NCBI GenBank assembly: GCA_016212465.1 | Contig: JACRGE010000034.1 | Location: 1 to 47,134, forward strand | Direction: 5' to 3' | Length of the DNA: 47,134 nt | Source of the DNA: Candidatus Micrarchaeota archaeon | Lineage (GTDB): Archaea; Micrarchaeota; Micrarchaeia; Norongarragalinales; JACRGE01 | Part shown: piece by piece, positions 18,823-27,958 of the stretch | Layout of the letters: each line of letters starts with the position of its first letter | Numbering within the stretch: position 1 is the stretch's first letter | Notes under the pieces: model-generated | What the model was told of the DNA's origin: nothing | Database searches by the model: none | What the model saw: only the letters and a program-made list of their open reading frames with translations | Position numbers and translations under genes: made by a program

Positions 18823-20391
18823 TCACGTCTTCAGCTTCTTCTTCAACACGTAGTTTTGGGTGATTTCGCAAACGGAATTGATGTCGCGAACGCCTTTCTT
18901 GCTCATTTCCTTGAGTTTGTTCTCTCGCTCAGAGAGCTCTTCCAAGAGTTCTTTCTTCGTCAAGCCCGTGTACTTCGTAAGCAACTGCAGGAAATTGGAT
19001 GAAAACTCTGTCTTCTCTTGCGTGTCCTTGAGCGGGTTCCAGGAGTAAAGCGTTTGCAACTCGAGCTTGTCGTTATTGCCCGCAATCACTTCAGTCAGCT
19101 CAGTGATTCTCCGAATGGTTCCCCGCTTCCTGTCGTGAATCCTTTGCTCCATGAGAATGAAATTCAGTGCAGAGAGCATGACGTGGGGAACGCTGATGGG
19201 CGGACTTTCAAGCCGGACGAGAGTCTCCCTGGCTGAATTAGAGTGCACTGTCCCCAAACAACCCTTGTGGCCTGTGTTCATGGCAGCGAACATCGTGAAC
19301 CCCTCTGCTCCACGGATTTCGCCCACAATGATTCTATCCGGTCTCATCCTCAACGAATTCTTTACTAAGTCGTTCATCGTGATTTCGCCTGTTCCCTCCA
19401 GTCCAGGAGGCCTGGTTTCAAAGCGGACGAGATGCGGGAGGGGCAGGTTCAACTCCGCTGTGTCTTCTATTGTAACAATGCGTTCGTCTGCAGGGACGAA
19501 GGAAGCCAAGACGTTGAGGGTCGTGGTCTTGCCTGCGGCAGTTCCTCCAGCAACCAGTATGTTTGCAGGATAAGCTCCGAGCCCATCAACGCACATCCAA
19601 AGAAAGGCAGCGAGCTCGCTGCTCAATGTATTCAGGTTAATCAAATCGATTATCGTGAACGGGTCCTTCCTGAATTTCCTTAAGCTCAACGTGGAGCCGT
19701 CGAGGCTAATCGGAGGAAGGGTTGCGTTCACTCTTGTTCCATCAGGCAGCCTGGCGTCAAGCAACGGAACCTGGAAATCAATTCTCCTTCCAACGATGCG
19801 CGCAACTCGTTCTATAAGGTTTCTGATGTCTTTGTCTTCGTAGAAAACGATGTTGGTTTTCATCATCTCATATTTCCTGTGGTGCACGTAAACAGGTCTG
19901 TTGGAGCCTATAATCAGGATGTCTTCCAGGTTGTCGTCCCTCACCAAAGCATCTATGAGGCCATAGCCGATCATTTCCTTGACAACAGCGTCCGCATAGA
20001 ATTCCTTCGCGTGAATGGGAATCTTTAATTCAGGCGAGGCGTCGATGATCTTCATTATCCTGTCAAAGTATTTTCTCCGTCTCTCCTCTTCTGTCCCGAA
20101 GTACCCTGGCTCTGTTTCAATGACGCTGGCAGCGATTTCAACCAATGCTTCTATGAGCGCCTTTTCCTCCCCTCTATAGTGTGGAACCGGGACTTCGTAC
20201 TTGAAGAGCGGGTCTCCTTGGACCTTGTATATTCTGACATCGCCATATGAGTCAACAAGAGTCTTTTCCTCTTTTTTTTCTTCTGGAACTGCCTCTTTTT
20301 TCTCTGCTTCCTTTTCAGCAGTAGCGATTGCTTGCGCCTTGCGTTCTTCCTTTGCTTTCTTGAGGAGTTCTTCGAGGTAACTCATGCTCAT
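18823..20391 (-). CDS. Type IV pilus assembly ATPase (CpaF/TadA/VirB11 family)
   Basis: DARLPDGTRVNA, Walker A GGTAAGKTT, IEDTAEL, LRMRPDRIIVGEIRG, MNTGH..TVH. Confidence 0.96.
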   Translation of the reverse strand: MSMSYLEELLKKAKEERKAQAIATAEKEAEKKEAVPEEKKEEKTLVDSYGDVRIYKVQGDPLFKYEVPVPHYRGEEKALIEALVEIAASVIETEPGYFGTEEERRRKYFDRIMKIIDASPELKIPIHAKEFYADAVVKEMIGYGLIDALVRDDNLEDILIIGSNRPVYVHHRKYEMMKTNIVFYEDKDIRNLIERVARIVGRRIDFQVPLLDARLPDGTRVNATLPPISLDGSTLSLRKFRKDPFTIIDLINLNTLSSELAAFLWMCVDGLGAYPANILVAGGTAAGKTTTLNVLASFVPADERIVTIEDTAELNLPLPHLVRFETRPPGLEGTGEITMNDLVKNSLRMRPDRIIVGEIRGAEGFTMFAAMNTGHKGCLGTVHSNSARETLVRLESPPISVPHVMLSALNFILMEQRIHDRKRGTIRRITELTEVIAGNNDKLELQTLYSWNPLKDTQEKTEFSSNFLQLLTKYTGLTKKELLEELSERENKLKEMSKKGVRDINSVCEITQNYVLKKKLKT

Positions 20392-20395
20392 CACT

Positions 20396-21454
20396 TCAAG
20401 ACGCGGTTGGTCCGCTGATGCTGACTGTAAGCTCTCTCTTCGGCGGACATGCATGGGAGACTATGAGCTTGCCGAAAGTACTCTCAGTAACAGGCGCGAT
20501 CTGGACCCAGAAGTTGAGCTCTTCGCCTGGCGGGATAGAGTTTGCGTCAAATGAAATCAGTTTAACTAGCTCCGCAAGATTGTCCGACACTTTTACTGAG
20601 AGCTCCGTGATTTCACTTTCCCCCAAATTCTTTATTCTGACAAGGTTTGTACAAGGTGGATTCCTGCAATCGATGTTTCCGCCTTCCGGCGAGATGACGG
20701 AAAGCTGAGGTTTGTCAGTGGTTGTCAGAGAAACTGGAATGGAAACCTCCGTGTACTTAATCCTCAACTCTCCCTTCACCTTGCCTTTACTACCTAGTGC
20801 AACCACTGGGACTTGAAAGTTACTCTCGCCCTTTGGCCCCAGCGGGCTCGGCTGGGTTTTAATCAACCTCTCCAGCTCGCCAGTGCCCACGAACTCTACA
20901 CTCGCTGAAGCGTCTCCTTTGTTCTTTACAGTGACGGTTAACATCTTCGTGCAGCCTGCGCCCACTGTCACATCAATGGACGGCGCGTTTTCTATTGCAA
21001 GATCCCAGTTCCTTGGAACCTCAATTGTTTCTGACTTGCTTTCGCCTGAAGCCAGGCTAATGGTTCTCGGTATACCCGCGTAGTTCGACCCGACGTCGGC
21101 CACTATCGTAAGGTCCTTTTCAGATGGAACCAAAAACTCTGCAATTCCCTTTTCAGTCATCTTGGATTCTATATTATTGCACATGAAGAAAAGAAAGCAG
21201 TTCCTTGCAGTTTCCCCATCCTCTAGGATCTCTACGGTTCCATCCAACGCTTTTCCCGAGTCTTTTTCAACCAATGCAACTGTGAGGGTGGCTGGCTTTG
21301 GATACAAGAAAAAATACCAGACCAGAGAAAGCAATATGATTACAAGGATGGAGAACTTGATTACGCCGAATCTGCGAATCCAAAGAGCCAAGTCTGAAAA
21401 GGCGTTTTTCACCTTGTCCAGGAAGCCTTCTTCAAAACCGTATTCCTCTTCCAT
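20396..21454 (-). CDS. Single-TM protein with beta-rich Ig-like extracellular domains, first gene of the pilus operon
   Basis: TM near the N-terminus; repeated V.VKN.G / IKNLG motifs typical of Ig/CARDB-like folds. Confidence 0.72.
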   Translation of the reverse strand: MEEEYGFEEGFLDKVKNAFSDLALWIRRFGVIKFSILVIILLSLVWYFFLYPKPATLTVALVEKDSGKALDGTVEILEDGETARNCFLFFMCNNIESKMTEKGIAEFLVPSEKDLTIVADVGSNYAGIPRTISLASGESKSETIEVPRNWDLAIENAPSIDVTVGAGCTKMLTVTVKNKGDASASVEFVGTGELERLIKTQPSPLGPKGESNFQVPVVALGSKGKVKGELRIKYTEVSIPVSLTTTDKPQLSVISPEGGNIDCRNPPCTNLVRIKNLGESEITELSVKVSDNLAELVKLISFDANSIPPGEELNFWVQIAPVTESTFGKLIVSHACPPKRELTVSISGPTAS

Positions 21455-21666
21455 GAACTGATTAATGGAAGGTAGTATAAAATCATTTTGAATTAAAGAT
21501 TTTTACCCTCCTGAAAATTAAGTTTTGTATCCCCGCTTATAAGCAAAATTCTCACTCCTCGAACCCCCCACAGCAACCTATTATTACCAAGCATCCATAT
21601 TATCTACTGGATTATCCCTTTTCTCACAAATTAAGAAGCGATAGAACCATTTTAACAGGGATTGGA

Positions 21667-22710
21667 ATGAGAATCATTCATTTTGACAAAAGGAATAATG
21701 AAATGAAGTTAGAGCCCGAGAGCTTGGAGGACCTTTGGTATCTCACCAAGGTAGTGGAGCCAGGTGACAAGGCGATTGCGCGCTCGCTGAGGCGGTTCAA
21801 GATAGAGCTTGAGCGAGCAGAATCAGGGGAAAAAAAGCCAGTTTTGATTGAGTTGAATGTGGAGTCCGTTGAGTTCTCGGAGAGCATGAACAAACTGCGT
21901 TTAACAGGCAAAATCCTTGCAGGCACTCCAGAAGAATACGTTTCTGTAGGTTCCCACCATACGCTTGACATTGAACCGCACCATTCCTTCACTTTGAAAA
22001 AAGAGTTTGGTCCCTATCACCTCAAGGTACTTGAAGAGGCGAAAAGAAGTGCGAGGCAGCCTGTGATACAGCTTGTTGTGATGGATGATGAAAAGGCTAC
22101 TGTCTGCTCTCTTGAAAGAAGAGGCCTGTCTCCCTTCATAGAGATTCAGAGCCGCGCGAGGAAACGAGATCCAGAGTCCTACGAGGAGTTCAGGAAGAAG
22201 TACTTCTCTGAACTCATGAAATTAGTTGAAGAAGGCAAGAGGAAAACCATTATTGCGGGCCCTGGCTTTGCGAAAGAAGATTTCAAGAAATATGTCGCAG
22301 AAAAGAAGCCCAAGTTGATTTCAAACATGATCTTCGAGCACGTGAGCTCCTCTGAAAGAAGTGGGGTTTATGAACTCCTGAAGAAAGGCGTGGTGGAAAG
22401 GGTTTTTGGAGAACAGAAGCTGGAAGAGGAATTTATTGCTCTTGAGAAACTGAAGAAAAGCATTGCGTCCGAGGATGGGCTTGCCTGTTATGGCGTGGAT
22501 GAAGTGAAAAACGCAGTTGAATTGAATGCTGTTGAAGAAATCCTTGTGCTAGACGAGCTATTGCGGAAAAACAAGGAGGCCCAGGAGCTAGTTGAAAAAG
22601 CGGAAAAGAAAGGCGCTAAGATATTAGTCTTCGATTCAGGAGACGAAGCCGGCCAGGAGTTCAAGACCTATAAGCTAGCTGCATTGCTGAGGTTCAGAAC
22701 TAGCTACTGA
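21667..22710 (+). CDS. pelA: mRNA surveillance protein pelota
   Basis: PESLEDLWYL, KLRLTGKI, GSHHTLDI, IIAGPGFAKEDF, AALLRF. Confidence 0.96.
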   Translation: MRIIHFDKRNNEMKLEPESLEDLWYLTKVVEPGDKAIARSLRRFKIELERAESGEKKPVLIELNVESVEFSESMNKLRLTGKILAGTPEEYVSVGSHHTLDIEPHHSFTLKKEFGPYHLKVLEEAKRSARQPVIQLVVMDDEKATVCSLERRGLSPFIEIQSRARKRDPESYEEFRKKYFSELMKLVEEGKRKTIIAGPGFAKEDFKKYVAEKKPKLISNMIFEHVSSSERSGVYELLKKGVVERVFGEQKLEEEFIALEKLKKSIASEDGLACYGVDEVKNAVELNAVEEILVLDELLRKNKEAQELVEKAEKKGAKILVFDSGDEAGQEFKTYKLAALLRFRTSY

Positions 22711-22713
22711 CTC

Positions 22714-22774
22714 CCCTCCTCTTCTTATGGATGGACCGTTGAATACGCTGTAGGCAAGAATAAAAAGAGGAGGG
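22714..22774. terminator. 15-bp inverted repeat between convergent genes
   Basis: CCCTCCTCTTCTTAT (22714-22728)/ATAAAAAGAGGAGGG (22760-22774); the one mismatch becomes a G-U pair on the minus strand. Confidence 0.5.
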
Positions 22775-22792
22775 TAGGGGAACCTTGGTTCC

Positions 22793-23011
22793 TCATACGC
22801 TGATTTCGGTGATTTTCTCCTTAACCGAGGGTGGTCCCCGCTTGGCTGATTGGTAGTAGAGAGCTACAAGCAAGAAGAAGAGGAATATGCTTATGAGGAC
22901 GCCTCCCATGAACAATACTGCTGTTGCTGTGAAAAACAACAGGTATACATAGCCATAACCCTGCGTGCTCTGTTGCTCAACCTCTGTAGTGCCTTCCTTG
23001 TACACAGCCAT
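22793..23011 (-). CDS. Small (72 aa) membrane protein
   Basis: Central ~33-residue hydrophobic stretch; upstream BRE/TATA. Confidence 0.65.
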   Translation of the reverse strand: MAVYKEGTTEVEQQSTQGYGYVYLLFFTATAVLFMGGVLISIFLFFLLVALYYQSAKRGPPSVKEKITEISV

Positions 23012-23029
23012 CCCTGGGGGTTTGAGACG

Positions 23030-23110
23030 GGATTGCCTTCGGTGGGAATCAAGAGTGCAAGTAACGGATTACCTCCTTGGGGTTGCCTCTTTATTTCCCA
23101 CCAGCAATCC
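23030..23110 (-). ncRNA. Candidate structured RNA motif, copy 2 (putative 5' leader)
   Basis: Nested stems GGATTGC/GCAATCC, GGTGGGAA/TTCCCACC, AAGAG-GCAA/TTGC-A-CTCTT around GCAACCCCAAGGAGGT. Confidence 0.62.
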
Positions 23111-23162
23111 AAAAACAATTTCTCCCCCTCACTGCCTTAGGCAAAAATATCACATTACACAC

Positions 23163-23178
23163 ATATATAAGCTTTTCG
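23163..23178 (-). promoter_or_regulatory. BRE/TATA promoter
   Basis: Minus strand CGAAAAGCTTATATAT. Confidence 0.65.
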
Positions 23179-23276
23179 TTTTTGGACAATTTAATGGTAT
23201 TTCAAACAAAAAATACAAAAATCATACAATTCAAACTTACTATTGAATTGCTCTCGTATTTTCAAACAAACCAGTA

Positions 23277-23291
23277 GAAAAGTTTATTAAC
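23277..23291 (+). promoter_or_regulatory. BRE/TATA promoter for the ACT-domain gene
   Basis: GAAAAGTTTATTAAC about 45 nt upstream of the GTG. Confidence 0.55.
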
Positions 23292-23334
23292 TTGTTGGTT
23301 TATACTGTCTTAACGCGTTTTTTGGGGTTGTGGA

Positions 23335-24057
23335 GTGAACGGAATAAATTCAAAGTACAATATTACCGAAGCAACTGTTGAGGTATTGGAAGCATTGCCG
23401 TGTTTAAAAATCCCTCTTCGTTACGACTTGCTTAATCTATCAGCCTTGGCTAGATTCATTAAGCCAGCTGTTGAAAAGAAGATGAAGGGCTCAAGCATCG
23501 GAATCGATGCAATCACAATCGCAATCAGAAGGTACGCTGAAGCAGTTTCAAAGGCAGAAGCCCCCAACAACGTCCTTGACGTCATAAAAGGAAGCAGGCT
23601 TACATTTGGAACTGACTTGTCTATGGTTCATCTCAAGAGAACTCCCGAACTCTACCTGAAGCTCATTGAGTTGAGCAAGACTGTGAACTGGTACGCAGGC
23701 GAGCGGATGTACATCATCCAGAGGACCGACGACATGTCTGTCGTAGTAACACCTCGTTTTATGCAATTGCTTAGGACTCTGGTGAGCTCTCCTCAAGAGA
23801 TTCTTGGAGAACGAGAGGACCTGGCGATCATCACCGCTTATACGCCCCCAAAATCACTTGAGACCCCGGGAGTGATTGCGTATTTCGCGAACCTGCTTGC
23901 AGAAACTGGCGTCAACATCCTCCTTACCTTCTCTACCTTCTACACGATTTCTTTCGTGATTGAAGCGGAGGACGCTGGAAGGGCTTACGAAAAGCTCTCT
24001 ATCGCAATAAAGAATGTGCAGGCAGTTTCAACAGACTCAACTGAGACTGTCCCATAA
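23335..24057 (+). CDS. ACT-domain amino-acid-binding regulator with N-terminal helical/HTH-like domain
   Basis: LLNLSALARFI..AITIAIRRY N-terminus; C-terminal ACT motif ETPGVIAYFANLLAETGVNI. Confidence 0.85.
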   Translation: MNGINSKYNITEATVEVLEALPCLKIPLRYDLLNLSALARFIKPAVEKKMKGSSIGIDAITIAIRRYAEAVSKAEAPNNVLDVIKGSRLTFGTDLSMVHLKRTPELYLKLIELSKTVNWYAGERMYIIQRTDDMSVVVTPRFMQLLRTLVSSPQEILGEREDLAIITAYTPPKSLETPGVIAYFANLLAETGVNILLTFSTFYTISFVIEAEDAGRAYEKLSIAIKNVQAVSTDSTETVP

Positions 24058-24084
24058 TTCCTGCTTTTAATTCCTTAAAACAAT

Positions 24085-26154
24085 TTATTTAACGGAATCC
24101 AGGAAATCAAAATAAGGCTGGACATACTGGGACCAGTATTGAATAGGATTCTTTACAGGAACGAGTTCACTGGTGCCTGAGCTTGCCGGGTTCCTTCCTT
24201 CGGGAAGCGCAAAGAGCTCATGGTTGTAGAAAATAACTCCCTCTGTTTGCTGGTGGTCCAAGTTACTTAACAAGATCTCTTCAGCTTTATTTCTCTCTCC
24301 AACTGCGAGTAACAGCCTGACGAGATAGGGATTGTCCCTGGGCCAGACGGTCGCCTCATGGTATTCATCATCCCCGTAGAAAACTTTTTTACCCAAATTC
24401 CTCACCAGGGAGCCGAAGAGCTTTCCCTTTCTTCTCACAAAAAGTTTTTCTTCCGCAACACGCGAAGCAGCATTCAATTCCTCTTTTGAAAAAAGGTCAG
24501 GCAGAAGTGAATAGGCGCAGAGCGCCATCGAACTCTCTTCAGCGCCTTTCCCGAATTCGTCGCTTACGATATGCGCCAAGAAGCCGTTTTCTAGGAATTT
24601 TTTCTTAAAAACCCCCTCCGCGCTTTCCCTTATCTCACTCCAGTCCGTTTTGCCGGACAATTTTTCTAATTCCCTGAGACACTTTATCCACAACGCATTG
24701 ACTTCAACCAGATAATACTTTGGGTCAAAGGCTTCTTTTTTCCCTTCTTCTCCTTTTTTACTCATCTCCGCAATCCACTCGACAGGAAGCCTTTTAGGCA
24801 TCCCCGCATAAATTGAGTCAGTCCAACCCCAGTTGGCCGGGCACTTCAGGAGCCCGGTTTCATCCAGCTTCACCGCATCCCCCTTGGAGTACGATTCAAG
24901 CATTTCGGCACTCTTTTCCTCCAGCAAAGCTGCTGTTTTTTTGTCTGCGCTCCTTTTCAGGTATTCCATCGCTACGAGCAGTGAAAGCAGGACTGCGTCA
25001 ACGCTTTTTTCTGCTGAACCAACCTTGGCCGGAAGCAGTCCATCGCTCTGCAGCGCCAAACCAGTGACCACGTTTTTCTTCAAATCCCTTTTTTTTATCG
25101 CGTAGTAAACATCAAAATTGTTGTACAATCCCTCAAGAAGGTCCCTGAACCATACCTCCCTGAACCAAAAACCCCCTGCTTCGGGAAAGACTCCGCCAAA
25201 CTCCGGAATGCCGAATTTGGTGAGTGCTATAAACCTAGCTGAAATCGCTTTGGCTTCGTTTTCCCCCCAAACCTGCTTTGCTTTTTCAAAGTATTTCTTG
25301 AATTTCTTTAAGTCTCTTTGAATCTTCAACACTTCATTCCTTTCATCGTACTCCGCAAGGCTCAGCATGCTTACTTTCTTGACTAGTTCGCTTGCCTTTC
25401 GGCAACTTAAGAAAAGCTCTGCTTCATTTTTCTTCAGTTCAATCTCGAGCTCACCCGCACACAACAACATCCTCATTTCATTCTTAAAGACTGTAAAACC
25501 ATTTCTTTCTTCTCTCGCCCCAGAACCTAGCTTGTAGTTCCAGAGCTGCTCACTCACCCCCAGGAGTATGCTTTTAATGCGGGGGCCTGAAAACATAAGA
25601 CGGTAACCGTTTTTTTCCACAAAGAGTGTTTTTTCCCTCTCATAAACCTTGTATTCCGTCCCCTCAGCTCTTCCATTGGCATCCCTTAAGTCAACCAATG
25701 GTTTTATGATTATGGCATCTGCAGCAAAGTTCGTTCTGAAGCAAACGCGCAATTGAGGGCAATTTCGTTTTCTTAACAGATAGTATTCCACAAGAACTTT
25801 TCCAACAGCTGATCCATTTTCAAATGCCTTGTATTCGTAAACCGCTTTCCAGGGAAATACCTTCACGGTTTCGCCTTCAACCCTGAGAAACCTGTTCTCC
25901 TTCTTTACTCCAAAGAAAATGGCGTCAAGGAATTTGAGGTTCCTTCCGTCTATTAACACAGTAAGCCCCTCATGAGGATAGTCTCTGTTGGGACCTACTA
26001 GATCCTCCAGCCCAGTTGAAAAAACGGACTGGACGAATTCGCAATCCTGTCTCCTCAACGCTATCCTGCAGTTTCTGGCATAGCCCCAATCGGGGTTCTC
26101 TTCCTGCTTTACGTCTGTGAATAGTTCTTCTGGTTTCATCCGCAACCCATTCAT
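24085..26154 (-). CDS. Glycogen debranching enzyme (amylo-alpha-1,6-glucosidase, GH133-like)
   Basis: AGGFWFREVWFRD, SVDAVL, WTDS, VEVNALW, YHEATVWP, QYWS. Confidence 0.85.
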   Translation of the reverse strand: MNGLRMKPEELFTDVKQEENPDWGYARNCRIALRRQDCEFVQSVFSTGLEDLVGPNRDYPHEGLTVLIDGRNLKFLDAIFFGVKKENRFLRVEGETVKVFPWKAVYEYKAFENGSAVGKVLVEYYLLRKRNCPQLRVCFRTNFAADAIIIKPLVDLRDANGRAEGTEYKVYEREKTLFVEKNGYRLMFSGPRIKSILLGVSEQLWNYKLGSGAREERNGFTVFKNEMRMLLCAGELEIELKKNEAELFLSCRKASELVKKVSMLSLAEYDERNEVLKIQRDLKKFKKYFEKAKQVWGENEAKAISARFIALTKFGIPEFGGVFPEAGGFWFREVWFRDLLEGLYNNFDVYYAIKKRDLKKNVVTGLALQSDGLLPAKVGSAEKSVDAVLLSLLVAMEYLKRSADKKTAALLEEKSAEMLESYSKGDAVKLDETGLLKCPANWGWTDSIYAGMPKRLPVEWIAEMSKKGEEGKKEAFDPKYYLVEVNALWIKCLRELEKLSGKTDWSEIRESAEGVFKKKFLENGFLAHIVSDEFGKGAEESSMALCAYSLLPDLFSKEELNAASRVAEEKLFVRRKGKLFGSLVRNLGKKVFYGDDEYHEATVWPRDNPYLVRLLLAVGERNKAEEILLSNLDHQQTEGVIFYNHELFALPEGRNPASSGTSELVPVKNPIQYWSQYVQPYFDFLDSVK

Positions 26155-26363
26155 TCCTTTAATGAGAACTTGAACAACAACGGCGTGTTGCCTAGTATGC
26201 ATGTCTTTCCTTCCCTACCCAGCCATCCCAATGCTCCATAAAGCTCTTTGTCAGTAAGCTTCGTCTTGCTCTTCAACTGCGCTATGTTCATTGGTCCTTT
26301 TTCCTTCAGGGCGTGCCATACGACTCCTGCATTTTTCCCGAAATACTCTTCGACTGTTGGCAT
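26151..26363 (-). CDS. Small winged-helix protein (DUF2582-like)
   Basis: FGKNAGVVWHAL..ALGWLGREGK; GGAGGTGA SD. Confidence 0.85.
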   Translation of the reverse strand: MPTVEEYFGKNAGVVWHALKEKGPMNIAQLKSKTKLTDKELYGALGWLGREGKTCILGNTPLLFKFSLKE

Positions 26364-26380
26364 TCGTTCACCTCCTTTCT

Positions 26381-27958
26381 CTAGACGATCACCAGATCGC
26401 TGTTTTCCCTCCAAAAACCATAATTTTCACTTGCCCCAGTATAAATTTCGAACAGCCTGAACACCAAGGAATTCCAGTCAAAGTTGTTTGAGATGATGCT
26501 CTCTGCTCCGCCTTTGGCGACTTTTTTCCTGAGCCTGTCATTCGTTAGTACAATCTTGAGCACTTTAGCGAGGTCCTCTGGCTTGAGAGTGAAATCCGTG
26601 ACCTGCACCTTGAATCCATTGATACCGTTTTTTATTACTTCCCCCATCCCTCCAGTGTCTCCGACTACAACCGCGGGTCCAGGCAAATCATTTACCTCAC
26701 ACGCCAGGTCTGCAGCCAGTCCTTCAAGCGTCACCAGTCCAAATGGCTCGTAAAGCGATGGAATGGCCAGCACGTCTATTGAACAAAACAAGGATTTTTT
26801 CAAATCCTCTTCAAGCCACCCGGAGTAGATGATTGCGTTCTTCTTCAAACCCAGCTCCTCCAGCATCCTGTTGTATTTAATGGATTCCCCGTTACTTAAT
26901 GAACTGCTTAAAATCAATCCCGCATTGTCCATCTCGAGCTGCGCGAAAGCGTTTATGAGTTGATCCATTCCCTTGCGTGCATCCGGCCGGCCAATGAACA
27001 TGACATATTTTTTCTTGTCTGGAAGCAACTTTTGGAGGACCACTCGTCCAAACTTTATCTTTTCCACGCTCATCTTCCTCCAGTCTTCTAGGATGATTCC
27101 GTTCGGAACACCGCCGGCCGCGTGGGTTATGGAAATGAATTCCTCCTCTGGTTCAAGCAACAGGAATTCCTCGTATTTCTCTTCTTTCCAAAGCTGTTCC
27201 TCAAACCATTTCTTTGCTTTCTCTTCCCCCACTGAGTTGCACAAATCTTCAAATAGCTGGTTCCTGGTCTCTTGCTTCAGTGGAAGGAGCTTTCTTATCT
27301 CAAACTTGGCTTCGCTCACTGAAACCCCTACGACAAAATCTGCTTCCTGCAATGCAGCTGCTTCTATGCGGACTGGTGCGTCATCCAAGTCCGGGTGCCC
27401 CATGCTGCGACCCCATTCTCCGGAATGGAATCTGCACACAAGCGGCTTTCCTATCCTCTCGCGGCACAGGAAACCTGCGGGGAACGCCAGCCAATCCTGC
27501 GCGTCAATCACAGTGATGTTTTCCTTCTTCGCCAGCTGCTCGGCTATTGCAGGCATGGTCTTCCAGTATGCATTCAGTTTCTTGTAAAACGGCCAATTAC
27601 TCGATTTTTCTGACTTCACCCCGTACTTGGCCCACAACCCGTAATGTAGTGCGTTTCTTTCCTCAGTGCTCAACTCCGATTCCACGAAGAAACAGAGCAC
27701 GCCTCCTCGTTTCGCTTCATAAATCTTAACCCCGTTTTTTTTCGCTAATTCGTTGAAGCGCTCTGAGGGCTTGAGGTCTCCAAGCGGCAGATCCTGGTCC
27801 CTTATTGAAAACACGAGCGGTTCAAAAAGGGTTTCGCCGCGGTTGAACCTGTTCATCCACACCGGCAACAGCTCGGTTGTAAACCTGTGCAATCCCCCTA
27901 CTGGCCTCTGCAACTCCGTGACAAGGAATAACACCCTCTTGCTTTCCCTTTCTTTCAT
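26381..27958 (-). CDS. GT4 glycosyltransferase (glycogen-synthase-like)
   Basis: VGGL, DAQDW, FIGR..RKG, PSLYEPFGLVTLEG. Confidence 0.88.
   Translation of the reverse strand: MKERESKRVLFLVTELQRPVGGLHRFTTELLPVWMNRFNRGETLFEPLVFSIRDQDLPLGDLKPSERFNELAKKNGVKIYEAKRGGVLCFFVESELSTEERNALHYGLWAKYGVKSEKSSNWPFYKKLNAYWKTMPAIAEQLAKKENITVIDAQDWLAFPAGFLCRERIGKPLVCRFHSGEWGRSMGHPDLDDAPVRIEAAALQEADFVVGVSVSEAKFEIRKLLPLKQETRNQLFEDLCNSVGEEKAKKWFEEQLWKEEKYEEFLLLEPEEEFISITHAAGGVPNGIILEDWRKMSVEKIKFGRVVLQKLLPDKKKYVMFIGRPDARKGMDQLINAFAQLEMDNAGLILSSSLSNGESIKYNRMLEELGLKKNAIIYSGWLEEDLKKSLFCSIDVLAIPSLYEPFGLVTLEGLAADLACEVNDLPGPAVVVGDTGGMGEVIKNGINGFKVQVTDFTLKPEDLAKVLKIVLTNDRLRKKVAKGGAESIISNNFDWNSLVFRLFEIYTGASENYGFWRENSDLVIV

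Noticed and set aside
13027-20391. Archaellum operon
   Set aside because: No FlaH/ArlH or archaellin-type N-termini; two platform genes and Q+1/E+5 pilins indicate a pilus
23061-23078. GTAACGGATTACCTCCTT resembling the 16S rRNA 3' end
   Set aside because: No flanking rRNA sequence; it is the complement of the motif core
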